64,000 nucleotides of DNA from a virus, in IMG/VR virus record IMGVR_UViG_3300050343_000255, positions 1 to 64,000 of that record. One strand, 5' to 3'. The position numbers and the translations under genes were made by a program. The notes below the pieces were generated by a model, which searched no databases, was not told the origin of the DNA, and worked only from the letters and a program-made list of their open reading frames with translations. Shown here piece after piece: positions 28,532 to 38,189 of the stretch (position 1 is its first letter; every line of letters starts with the position of its first letter).

Positions 28532-28723
28532 ATGACCGTAACTAATGAAGATCAAGGACGCCAAAACGTCTTTGCAAAAGAACCACAAATGCAAGTAATG
28601 GAGGTTACTGTGACTCACAACGAAAAAGCTGAAATGATGAATGGACGATTTGCAATGATTGGTGTCATTGCTGCTCTTGGTGCATACGCATTGACAGGAC
28701 AAATCATTCCTGGCATCTGGTAA
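28532..28723 (+). CDS. hli: High-light inducible protein
   Basis: AEMMNGRFAMIG...TGQIIPGIW. Confidence 0.95.
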   Translation: MTVTNEDQGRQNVFAKEPQMQVMEVTVTHNEKAEMMNGRFAMIGVIAALGAYALTGQIIPGIW

Positions 28724-28943
28724 TTCATATTATTAGATAGCATTTACACAAATAACTTATAGGACAAGATCATGACACTAGGTGACGAAGCAGCTCAACG
28801 AAATACAAGAACTGATCAACGGTCAGTACAACCAGTTACACCTCCTACTGCACCAGCAAAAGTAGAAGAACCGGATTCAGCTCCATCTTCTAAAGAAGAA
28901 TAGATTTACATTGTTAAACTAAATGTAGTATTCAATTTAAATT

Positions 28944-29681
28944 ATGTCTGCTGCAGAGGAAAATACTCGACGAATGCGAATGACCGCCAAAACTGGTACT
29001 CGCAATGTTAATAAGGTTACTATCAGTAACGTAGGTAATTCCTCGTCGTCTTCGACTAGCAACTCTAGTTCTAGTTCTAGTACTAAGCCTGAATCAAAAT
29101 CTAGTCCTAAGACTGAATCAAAAGCTAGTCCTAAGACTGAATCAAAAGCTAGTCCAAAGACTGAATCAAAACCTGAAACTAAATCAGAAGCTAAGTCTGA
29201 TAATAAGTCCCAAGGGAAATCAGATAGCACTAGGCAAAAAAAACTAGCTGAAGAAGCTAAAGCAAGGAAGGATTCTAAAGGTCCTAATAAGCCTGCAGTT
29301 GAGAAACCTTCAGGAATGGCAGTCAAAGAAGGTCGGCCATCATCTAAACGTTCAAGGCGTGTAAAGAAACTTACAAGAAAGCTTTCGATGGCGATGAAAA
29401 AGCGTCGCAAGCGTATTAAACGTAAGCTCAAAAAACTTGGAGCTAAAACATCTACAAGGCAGGCTAAAAAATCTGTCAGACAGAAAAGACGCACTAAGCG
29501 TATGGCTAGACGAGCAGCAATGCGAACACGGCAAATGCGTGCAAAACGTGCTCCAATGAAGTCACGTCCAAGGCGCTCACGTCCTATGAGGTCACGTCCT
29601 ATGAGGTCACGTCCTATGAGGTCACGTCCAATGCGTTCACGTCGTATGTCACGTAGAGGTGGACGTCGGATGAGGCGTTGA
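28944..29681 (+). CDS. Highly basic histone-H1/protamine-like protein
   Basis: K/R/S-rich, KTESKASP and SRPMR repeats. Confidence 0.7.
   Translation: MSAAEENTRRMRMTAKTGTRNVNKVTISNVGNSSSSSTSNSSSSSSTKPESKSSPKTESKASPKTESKASPKTESKPETKSEAKSDNKSQGKSDSTRQKKLAEEAKARKDSKGPNKPAVEKPSGMAVKEGRPSSKRSRRVKKLTRKLSMAMKKRRKRIKRKLKKLGAKTSTRQAKKSVRQKRRTKRMARRAAMRTRQMRAKRAPMKSRPRRSRPMRSRPMRSRPMRSRPMRSRRMSRRGGRRMRR
29083..29172 (+). repeat. 24-bp coding tandem repeat (about 3.5 units)
   Basis: ctaagactgaatcaaaagctagtc units. Confidence 0.8.
29561..29655 (+). repeat. 15-bp coding tandem repeat (SRPMR)
   Basis: gtcacgtcctatgag units. Confidence 0.8.
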
Positions 29682-29720
29682 TTATCTTTAATTAGTTAAG
29701 TAAATCTAATAGAGCAACCA

Positions 29721-29740
29721 TAGCCGCCGATTGGCGGCTA
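29721..29740 (+). promoter_or_regulatory. Hairpin element copy 15 (no downstream box)
   Basis: TAGCCGC-cgattg-GCGGCTA. Confidence 0.55.
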
Positions 29741-29784
29741 TATTTATGGAGTGGAGCAGAGCTCCGTAGTTTATATATCTATCA

Positions 29785-29952
29785 ATGGAAATATCCAGAG
29801 AACTGTCTACAGAGATCAAGGAAGTCATCGAAGATACTGTCCAGTACTTCTGTGACCAAAACACTGTTTCCGGTGAACTCACTTGGATTCTTGTCGAATG
29901 TCTAGCTACAGCAAAGCTTGCTGAGCTAAGAGGTGAGCTCGCCCCTGTTTAA
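29785..29952 (+). CDS. Small cyanophage protein (55 aa)
   Basis: Translated by hand: MEISRELSTEIKEVIEDTVQYFCDQNTVSGEL... Confidence 0.65.
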   Translation: MEISRELSTEIKEVIEDTVQYFCDQNTVSGELTWILVECLATAKLAELRGELAPV

Positions 29953-30123
29953 TGAGCGATACAAAAGAGCTTTCAAGGTTGTTCTTACACTTTCTTGAAC
30001 AGTTGATACTCCAGCATGAAGCTGAGGATCCACAAGCTGTCTATCAAACTTGTGCTGACTTATGTCAACGTAATGCAAATAGACTGACTTCTTTAGATCC
30101 AGAACGAAACAAATAACCATACT

Positions 30124-30156
30124 GCCGCTTATCAGCGGCTGTATTTTCTAATGCCC
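30124..30156 (+). promoter_or_regulatory. Hairpin element copy 16
   Basis: GCCGC-ttatca-GCGGC, then ATGCCCTTTTGGGC as in copy 5. Confidence 0.8.
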
Positions 30157-30188
30157 TTTTGGGCTTTGTCACTTACTAACAAACTCAC

Positions 30189-30830
30189 ATGACCATGCTC
30201 GTAGATAGTTCTGCAATTGTTGCTGACCTCGTATCAGGTGGAGAAGCACCTGAAATCAATATGATGATCGGCATCGGTGTAGTCAAAGAAAGCGAAGCTG
30301 TACTATTTCACTACATCGGCAACGATGAAAAGCCTGCTGCCTTGATGACAAAAGCTGGAAAGCCTTTGACTCGTCTTGGGAGTGTCAGGCTTGTCGATAT
30401 TGATATTGTCACTGGTATTGGCACAGAAAATGCCACCAAACTCAATGTCATTCTTGAATCAAATCATGGCAACAGAATCCTAGTCACTTCAGGTATTCAA
30501 ACCTGGTGGACAACGTGTGTCATTGCAGGGCTTTTTGGACTACTCCAAAACGGTTTGATTGATACACCATTCAACCTTGATTCGTATCGTGGGAATCTTG
30601 GTCGTAAGCCTATCTTTGCTTCGATTCGTTCAGGTCAGGTCTACTCTGATCAAGATCTTTATGCACTCCTCAAGCAAGATCGCACCGGAAAATACTGGGA
30701 TTCATATGAATTAAATGTGTCTGCTGTTGTTAAAACACTGAAGGAGGCATTGAACACAACGGTTGATTCTGACACTTCTGTTGAAGCCGTTGATGTTCAA
30801 GTCGAAGAGACTGTTGGAGCTGACTTCTGA
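30189..30830 (+). CDS. Hypothetical protein with acidic ...GADF tail
   Basis: 213-aa ORF. Confidence 0.65.
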   Translation: MTMLVDSSAIVADLVSGGEAPEINMMIGIGVVKESEAVLFHYIGNDEKPAALMTKAGKPLTRLGSVRLVDIDIVTGIGTENATKLNVILESNHGNRILVTSGIQTWWTTCVIAGLFGLLQNGLIDTPFNLDSYRGNLGRKPIFASIRSGQVYSDQDLYALLKQDRTGKYWDSYELNVSAVVKTLKEALNTTVDSDTSVEAVDVQVEETVGADF

Positions 30831-31336
30831 TGGGAGCTGCATCTGAGCGTCGTGCATTGCTGTTGGAAGCGGATGATTCATATGATCCGTTTCTAACTGT
30901 TGATGTCAACGAATATCTAATTGATGAGTTCAAGACACTGACAGCCAAGCAGAGGCAATCTGTTTGGCACTTGTGTCAGAACGATGAAAACTTCAGCTAC
31001 GATGCCATCCATGATCAAATCGATGATTGGGTGTATGAATATGCTGAATCTAATCCTGATGTTGTATTAGAATCTTCAACTGATGATTCTGAACTAACTG
31101 AAGAAGAAGAAGAGGAGGAAGAAGAAGAATACGATCAAATTATTTACGATCTTATGAGTACACATTTGGAAAACGAATGGCCAGATCTTTCAGAGGAACA
31201 AGTAGATGCTATTAGCAATTCACTTGTTGACAAACAAGATGAGCTAAAAGATTTCTTTGATACTTTTGTCTATGACTATGCAAAAGAATCGGACTCTACT
31301 ATCGATGTTTCTGAAATGGAAGAAACTTCTGAATGA
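30830..31336 (+). CDS. Very acidic protein
   Basis: D/E-rich with a poly-E run. Confidence 0.65.
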   Translation: MGAASERRALLLEADDSYDPFLTVDVNEYLIDEFKTLTAKQRQSVWHLCQNDENFSYDAIHDQIDDWVYEYAESNPDVVLESSTDDSELTEEEEEEEEEEYDQIIYDLMSTHLENEWPDLSEEQVDAISNSLVDKQDELKDFFDTFVYDYAKESDSTIDVSEMEETSE

Positions 31337-31492
31337 CAATGGATTCGATTGCTCACTTACGAGCAACACGTAGGTACATCACTTCAATGATGCTCAACCT
31401 GCCTATTCAACCAACTGAGACAAGCGTTGCAACATTACTTGTAATGCTTGATCATTTTTCTGCTTACCCTGATGAATACTTAGAGCTTCTCA

Positions 31493-31723
31493 ATGACAAC
31501 CAATTCTCAACTAGAAAAAGTTCCTGATTATGACGTCCTCGATGTCGTATTGCTGTGTCACGCAGCATTGGCCCAAGACTCACCAGAGTTTCCTACGGTC
31601 TATCTCAACCAGATACTCAACATCATGTTTGGTTATCTCACTAGCGATCAGCGCAAGGAAGTCGAAGTGTACCTTGCTGAAAAGAAGTATCTGCCACCTT
31701 TGAAATTACATCTACCTAACTGA
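31493..31723 (+). CDS. Hypothetical protein
   Basis: 76-aa ORF in an overlapping operon. Confidence 0.55.
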   Translation: MTTNSQLEKVPDYDVLDVVLLCHAALAQDSPEFPTVYLNQILNIMFGYLTSDQRKEVEVYLAEKKYLPPLKLHLPN

Positions 31724-32502
31724 TGAAAGACTACGACGTAGTTTATATCGATAAAAATGGGAACAAACAAACATTTGTTGTTACCTCAATAGATACAAAT
31801 ACAGCGATTGCAAACACACTAGAACTTTGTTCTGACTGTCGTCGTGTAATTCGTTGTAAGCCGATCACCTATAAAGATAATGAAGCTAACAAAACAGAAT
31901 CTTGATTTCCTTGATGACTTGTTTGACAAGTTACTCAAGAATACTGATAAAGAGATGATTGATCTACATGAGGATGATGCTTGTGTAGATCACATCGAAT
32001 TTGAAAAACTTTCTAACACTGATTCTACTGATGCGACTTCAAACTGAAATGGAAGCAGTGCCTGTAACTCAACCTGAGCTGCGCACTGTTTTCGATCCTG
32101 CAACATCTACTCCTGTTGATCACCTTGCTTATGACGCTGAGATTCAGTACAAACGCAAGCCACCAGCTGTACGGATGATTATGTGCAGTCGTCTCGACAG
32201 AGTGAATGTTGGTGAGCCTGTCATGATTTCCTATCACATGGGCATGCGTTGCTATCAGCACTCTCGACATTTAGTAATATCGAATGAAGAGAATTGTATC
32301 GGTGGGTTTTATTTCACTGATGGTACAGAAGCATGAAAACTTTCATAGAAAGTTTCTTACTTGACTACATAGCAGACAATCCAGAATGTCCATTATCTGC
32401 TGACGACATACCTGTTGTCACTGAATACATGTGGATGAATTTTGATTGTAGTGATATGTACTATCAGTTTGAACGCTTACTTTCTGCTTACTTTGCTAAA
32501 TA

Positions 32503-32850
32503 ATGATGAAACAGTATCACCTCTATGTTTTTACCCAAGACGGGTGTGCTCCTTGCAATCGTCTCAAAGAGCACGTCAAAACTCTCACGAAAGACGAAGC
32601 AGCTGAGCTTGACTTTGTGCCTCTTAAAGCACCCTCAGGCAGCCGTACGGCGCTGGCGGAGGAGTTATCGGTGGAACTGTCACCAACGCTCGTTGTCGTC
32701 CACGAAGAGCTCTCGTGTCAGCTAGATGCTGATGGTGATGAAGACTGTGATTATGTCGAACAATCTGTTGAACGTTTTGTGGGTGCAAACTCAATTATTG
32801 AGCACCTTCAAGCAACACTTGATGCATACACTTACGCACATCCTGAATGA
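32503..32850 (+). CDS. Glutaredoxin/thioredoxin-like protein
   Basis: FTQDGCAPC..LK, SPTL cis-Pro motif. Confidence 0.8.
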   Translation: MMKQYHLYVFTQDGCAPCNRLKEHVKTLTKDEAAELDFVPLKAPSGSRTALAEELSVELSPTLVVVHEELSCQLDADGDEDCDYVEQSVERFVGANSIIEHLQATLDAYTYAHPE

Positions 32851-33194
32851 CACAAGACGAACGAGAAGAGTTTATATTTGATCTAGCCCATCATCACTTG
32901 TCAAAAACATCTGATGCAGGCGTTCATGCTATGGCTGTTGACTATCTTTGTCAGACATTTTCAAAGCAGACGGATGAGCAGTTATATGAGATGGCACCAT
33001 CGAAATTACTAAAGAAAAATAAGTTACAGAAACCTAAGGGGTTTTGATGCCACCAGAATCATATTTACTTTTAATTAGTGAGCTCAATGGATGTTCACAA
33101 CATTTACAAGAGCTAGGTCAGTCTGCTGACCGTGAAATTATTCAGTCAATGATCATTAAGTACAACAAACAATATTTCAAGGTTAAAAAAGCAT

Positions 33195-33422
33195 ATGAGC
33201 AAGAAAGCGAATGTAATCGAAGCTAAAGGCACTATCTTCAAAGAAAGTGGCAATGGTTATTTCAATGTTGAACTAGATGAACCAGAAGATCATAAATGTC
33301 TTTGCCGTGCATCAGGTCGGTTAATCACACGTAAAATTCAATTGCTTGTAGGAGATAGAGTCACCGTTGAGTTGTCACCTTTTGATCTCTCACGTGGACG
33401 TATTACCCTACGAGAAAAGTAG
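33195..33422 (+). CDS. infA: Translation initiation factor IF-1
   Basis: IE..G.I......F.VEL...SGR....I..LVGDRVTVELSPFDLSRGRI. Confidence 0.85.
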   Translation: MSKKANVIEAKGTIFKESGNGYFNVELDEPEDHKCLCRASGRLITRKIQLLVGDRVTVELSPFDLSRGRITLREK

Positions 33423-33461
33423 ATTCACTATCTCAGTACAGTTAATAAACACTAGAATTAC

Positions 33462-33881
33462 ATGACACTAGGCGAACAAGCACGGTTATTCCGTGAAAAG
33501 TTTAATCAAGAATTGCTTGCTAATTTCTCAAGGTTTGGTTTTATTAAAAAACAACTTTGGGATATGCAAGTCGGTTTGATTAAAGAAGAAGCATCTGAAT
33601 TTCTTGTGGCAGCAAATGAATTGTTTGCTTCTCCACAAGAGAATGAACTAAGACAAGAAGTAGTTAAAGAACTATCTGACCTTGTATTTGTTTGTTATCA
33701 ATTTGCAGCTACTTACGATATTGATCTAGATGAAGCTATGGCTCGCGTCTTTGAATCAAATATGAGTAAGTTAGATGATACTGGTAATCCAATCTATCGA
33801 GAAGATGGCAAGGTCTTAAAAGGTCCTAACTACACCCCACCAGATCTTTCAACCTGCTTCCGACACTCCAAATCAAAATAA
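33462..33881 (+). CDS. MazG-like/PRA-PH nucleotide pyrophosphohydrolase
   Basis: LIKEEASE..KELSDLVFV..V.ESNMSKL..REDGKVLKGPNY. Confidence 0.85.
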   Translation: MTLGEQARLFREKFNQELLANFSRFGFIKKQLWDMQVGLIKEEASEFLVAANELFASPQENELRQEVVKELSDLVFVCYQFAATYDIDLDEAMARVFESNMSKLDDTGNPIYREDGKVLKGPNYTPPDLSTCFRHSKSK

Positions 33882-33886
33882 GAATC

Positions 33887-35308
33887 ATGGAAAAAAATCA
33901 AGTCATTGCTCGCACTGGTCGAGTACAAAATTGGATTGACGATCCTACAAGTCGCCTGCCCGTCAGCTGCACAGTTTTTGTGGTGGATGACAGCATGGAG
34001 GGACCTAACGGAATCGAGGCTAGCTGGCGCTACGTGAGTCACGGTTACGTTTTGGAGCAGGGGTTGCTGTACACCTATCCAATCTCCGTCCTGCAGGACA
34101 TGACAATGGCAAAGGACTAGTAAGTTCCGGGCCATGTTCGTTTGGCAAAATTTATAGTTGTCTGAACGAGCAGTTACGTAGAGGTGGTGTATACAAAAAC
34201 GGTGCCGTAGTGCTGCACCTCGATTTAAACCACAAGGATATTCTTGAGTTTGTCAATATGCCTAGGCATGAAATTCCTTGGGCAAAACGTTGCGTCAACT
34301 TGTCCAACGTAATGTGGGATATGGCAATCCCTGCAGTCAAGGATGCAATCATCAAAGGTATTGCTCGTGGTGACATTTGGCTAGCCAAGATTAGGCATGA
34401 TCAACACGGTGAAAGAATTTTCGCGAACGTTTGCCTTGAAGTCTTCCTGCGTAGCAGGGGTACTTGTCTCTTGGAGCACATAAATTTGGGTGCTTGTCGT
34501 GCTGAAGATTTACCTGCTGCATTTATTTGCGGCATGGAAGAACTAATTGATTTACATGGTAAAACTGGTGTTGAGAAAACTGGCGAGTATCTTTCTCAAG
34601 AAGAAGATCGCCAAGTCGGTTTGGGAATGCTTGGTCTCGCCAATTTGCTTGCGCTGGAAGGAGTTACGTATGCTCAATTCGGAGAAGCTTTAAACGAGCA
34701 TCTGTATCCCTTTAGGTGATTACATCGTGACTCCTGAAGCACGTAATATAGTTAAAGCACTTCAATTAGGAATTGATTCCGCTGCTGCTATTGCAAGTCG
34801 AGCCAATATGGATCGTTGCTTTGCTATTGCACCTACGGCGTCTTGTTCCTATCGCTACAAAGACAGAGCAGGCTATACAACTACCCCCGAACTTGCACCG
34901 CCAATCGGGCGTACAGTTGATAGGGACAGCTCTACATTCGGTGTCGAGACATTTGACTACGGTGATGTTGAAACAGCTGAATCTGTTGGGTGGGACACTT
35001 ACTACCGCGTAGTAAATGGCATCATGACAATGCTGTCAAACACTGGCCTCAACCATGGATATAGTTTCAACAGTTGGTCAGATGTAGTTCAATACGACGA
35101 TGCCTTCATTGAATCCTGGCTAAGTTCTCCGCAAACCTCTATGTATTATTCATTGCAGGTTATGCAGAACACTCAAGCAAAAGACGATGCTCTTGCTGCT
35201 TTAGATGGAAACTTCGGTGAGATGTTTGGATTCAATGATGATGATGCCGACGATGACATTTTAGATGTCTTTAACGACCCCGCATCCTGCGTAGGGTGCG
35301 CCGAGTAA
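33887..35308 (+). CDS. nrdA: Ribonucleotide reductase alpha subunit (cyanophage class I), split by apparent frameshifts
   Basis: RLPVSCTVF, NVCLE, VGLGMLG, AIAPTASCS, YY and C-terminal CVGCAE across three ORFs. Confidence 0.85.
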
Positions 35309-35326
35309 ACCTAATTATTTATACAA

Positions 35327-36058
35327 ATGAAAGCAGAAACTCCTTACATTCATCTTCATCAGCGCAAGCGTACCTGGACTCCAGTTCAAGTATCTGCTGG
35401 TCAACTATTGACTGGTGGTGAAGATGTAATTCAACGTGCACTTGCACTCCGTTGTCTTGAGATTCCAGTAGGTGACTTCATTAGCGATGCTATGAAAGGT
35501 GATCTTCCAGACGTCAAAGGCTGTAAGGAGCTACTTGCTTCTAACGTTGTCGATGAAGAAAATCATGATATTGCACTCAATTTCGCAGCTGCTGCGCATG
35601 GAGTCTCCCCTAAGTTTGAGAAAGAAGCTGCGCACATCTGTAAAACTTGGCTTGAATTGGATAGGCACCCTGTCCTTAAAGCCGTTGTATTGGAGAGATC
35701 CGTCTTCTTCGTTCTGCTACCGATCTTCCGATTCCTGGGAGATACAGGATTACGCACCACAAGCGCCGATATCTCACGGGACGAACAGACCCACGTCGCG
35801 GCTAACACACTCGTCTGTGAAGCGCTTGGACTTAAATCTGACAAGACCCTCAACAATCTCCGCCGCGCTACGGTCGCATGGTGCCTTCAGTCCCTCCAAG
35901 GGGAAGCTGATCACAAGCATCTCTCCAGCAACTTCTGGCTTGCGAGTTCAGATTCTCTATACACAAGAGGCAAAGCTGAAGGGTTAGCTGAGACACGAGC
36001 TAGCAGAATGCCAGCTTTCTTCGAGACTGCTAATCAAAACCTGCCTCAATACGCTTGA
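35327..36058 (+). CDS. nrdB: Ribonucleotide reductase beta subunit (ferritin-like)
   Basis: DEENH and DEQTH diiron motifs; adjacent to nrdA. Confidence 0.8.
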   Translation: MKAETPYIHLHQRKRTWTPVQVSAGQLLTGGEDVIQRALALRCLEIPVGDFISDAMKGDLPDVKGCKELLASNVVDEENHDIALNFAAAAHGVSPKFEKEAAHICKTWLELDRHPVLKAVVLERSVFFVLLPIFRFLGDTGLRTTSADISRDEQTHVAANTLVCEALGLKSDKTLNNLRRATVAWCLQSLQGEADHKHLSSNFWLASSDSLYTRGKAEGLAETRASRMPAFFETANQNLPQYA

Positions 36059-36073
36059 TCTTCAAGCAATACT

Positions 36074-36358
36074 ATGGATACACAAATAACTTTTCTACCT
36101 ACAGATAAACTTAAAGTTCAAATACTAGAACAAGAAATTTGTCCAGCTACATTTAATGATAATGAACTTCCTACGGATGTGCATATTGTTACTTACACTG
36201 TTGCCGGAGAAACGTATTACGATGCTGTACGAGCTTATACAAAAGTAGATATCTTTGATGCTTACTACGATAAACTTAAGAGTATTGGAACCATAAAAGA
36301 CATTAAGTCTGGACTTGGTAAAATTAGACCTAACTTATATGGCAAAATCAAAAGCTAA
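36074..36358 (+). CDS. Hypothetical protein
   Basis: 94-aa ORF. Confidence 0.6.
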   Translation: MDTQITFLPTDKLKVQILEQEICPATFNDNELPTDVHIVTYTVAGETYYDAVRAYTKVDIFDAYYDKLKSIGTIKDIKSGLGKIRPNLYGKIKS

Positions 36359-36469
36359 AACTAAAAGTGAACATATTGAAGAGCTGATCGCTCGTATTGA
36401 GGCCAAGGTTAATAAGCTTACTATTAAACAATTAAAACTACTTCACGCAAAACACTTTCCTAATTAAAA

Positions 36470-37102
36470 ATGCATTCAGCAAAACTCGTTTGGATTACAC
36501 CAAATGCAGAAGCTTTAATCGGTAAAATTGCTCGTGTATCTAATCCAAGCAACGAAGAGAACCCTGAGGTTGCCAAACTAATCAAGTACCTCATCAAGCA
36601 CAAACATTGGAGTCCATTTGAAATGGCTTCTATGTGTGTTCAAATTGATACTACAAGGGCTATCTCTCCTCAAATTCTGCGTCATCGGTCATTTACATTC
36701 CAAGAATTTAGTCAACGGTACGCAATTCCTACAGATACTTTTGCAACAGTGTTGCCAGAACTAAGGCGACAAGATTTTGATAATCGTCAAAACTCTATTG
36801 ATGACCTTGAAGGGGAAACACAAGAGTATTACCAGCAACGGATTGATGATCATTTCAGAGAGTCAGTCCGTTTGTATGAATCATTGCTGCATTCTGGTGT
36901 AGCTAAAGAATGTGCTCGCTCTGTACTACCAATCAATACTGTTACCAGGTTATATATGTCAGGCACTATTCGTAGCTGGCTTCATTACGTTGCTCTGCGT
37001 GGTGAAAACGGTACACAAAAAGAGCACATGTCAATTGCTCGCTCAGTTGGTGAAATACTAGATACTGAAGTTCCACAAATATCTCGCGCAATGTGGGGAT
37101 GA
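36470..37102 (+). CDS. thyX: FAD-dependent thymidylate synthase
   Basis: HWSPFE, RHRSFTFQEFSQRY, ECARSVLP. Confidence 0.95.
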   Translation: MHSAKLVWITPNAEALIGKIARVSNPSNEENPEVAKLIKYLIKHKHWSPFEMASMCVQIDTTRAISPQILRHRSFTFQEFSQRYAIPTDTFATVLPELRRQDFDNRQNSIDDLEGETQEYYQQRIDDHFRESVRLYESLLHSGVAKECARSVLPINTVTRLYMSGTIRSWLHYVALRGENGTQKEHMSIARSVGEILDTEVPQISRAMWG

Positions 37103-37138
37103 AGTCTAAGATGAAGACTGGAAAAACATACAGTCATA

Positions 37139-37798
37139 ATGAACTTTATCGCTGCAACGATTGAATTACGATCCTTCATTTCAGATCCAATCAATGCTTA
37201 TGGGCTTGACTATTGCGGGGCTAACGCTGTTGTGCCCGCTGGTAGTGGTGCTTCAGAGGTCCAGCTTCGAATTCTCTGCTACAACCGAGAAGGAGCCAAG
37301 CTATCTCTCTTCAAAGAATGGAAAGAAGGTACACGTGCATTGATCACAGGCAACATTGTCTTCTCAGATGATGTGACCAAACCTCTTGATCTCATCGTCA
37401 CAACGATTGAACCGTCAATCCCAGACAATGTGTATTGCAATCAAGTTGTACTTGGTAATGCATTCTTTGGATCAAATGAAATCAAAGATCGTAAGAACGA
37501 TCAAGTTGCTGTCAAAATTGGTACAACACTAGATAACTCAGAAATTGTTACATGGCTATTTCTTGAAACACATGAATCACGTCGCAAAAAACTTACAGAT
37601 CGAATCCGTAGCGGACGCCCTATCTGCGTTCAAGGCTATCTCCGCGAATATCGCAAAGACGGGAGTGACAGTCCTTATCGAGCTATCGTCGCTTCTGACT
37701 TCACTACTCGTAAGGATAAGGAGCGAACTCAACGGAATCCACAAACGAACGGTTCAGCGGCGGGTTACTCAGAGGTGGATCCGACGCCGGACTATTGA
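37139..37798 (+). CDS. Tandem OB-fold SSB-like protein
   Basis: N...LGN...SGRPICVQGYLREY pattern; acidic tail. Confidence 0.55.
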   Translation: MNFIAATIELRSFISDPINAYGLDYCGANAVVPAGSGASEVQLRILCYNREGAKLSLFKEWKEGTRALITGNIVFSDDVTKPLDLIVTTIEPSIPDNVYCNQVVLGNAFFGSNEIKDRKNDQVAVKIGTTLDNSEIVTWLFLETHESRRKKLTDRIRSGRPICVQGYLREYRKDGSDSPYRAIVASDFTTRKDKERTQRNPQTNGSAAGYSEVDPTPDY

Positions 37799-37859
37799 TC
37801 GAAGCAAGCATCTCAAGTCAGGAAAACTTGGCTGGGATGCACCAGTTTATAAATAGCGT

Positions 37860-38129
37860 TTAGGCGTTTGGAGTGGGTCCACCCATCATTCCAAAATGCC
37901 CGAACGCTTTTTGAGCACCAAAAGCTTTTTCTAGCTCAGGAGACAAACCAAAATTATATGCCATTCCCTGGACTTTTCCTAATGATGGATAGTTATCTCC
38001 CACAACCATACCTGCAATACCACCTGACATATCTTTGCCTAACAAGCCAGGAATAACTCCTTGCGACATGTCTTTGCCAGTAATTGCACCAAGCAATCCA
38101 CCACTTAAAGCATCTGCAAATCGCATCAT
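37860..38129 (-). CDS. Gly-rich late-type protein inserted antisense
   Basis: TACAAT 21 nt upstream; GKDMS repeats. Confidence 0.5.
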   Translation of the reverse strand: MMRFADALSGGLLGAITGKDMSQGVIPGLLGKDMSGGIAGMVVGDNYPSLGKVQGMAYNFGLSPELEKAFGAQKAFGHFGMMGGPTPNA

Positions 38130-38189
38130 TAATTATCTCACATTTAACTATTGTAGTAACTATATTTGAAAGGTCGATATTAACTACAT

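Noticed and set aside
28937-29494. 185-aa antisense ORF opposite the basic protein, and similar shadow ORFs throughout
   Set aside because: Explained by repeats and codon bias of the sense-strand genes; no independent signals
33887-35308. nrdA in three ORFs, and frameshifts or stops in int, SET, endolysin, tail genes and basic proteins, read as programmed frameshifts, recoding or pseudogenes
   Set aside because: Breaks are scattered through many genes including essential ones, and those checked fall at homopolymers (e.g. int ggctgaaggg vs expected ggcctgaagg); long-read indel error is the simplest explanation
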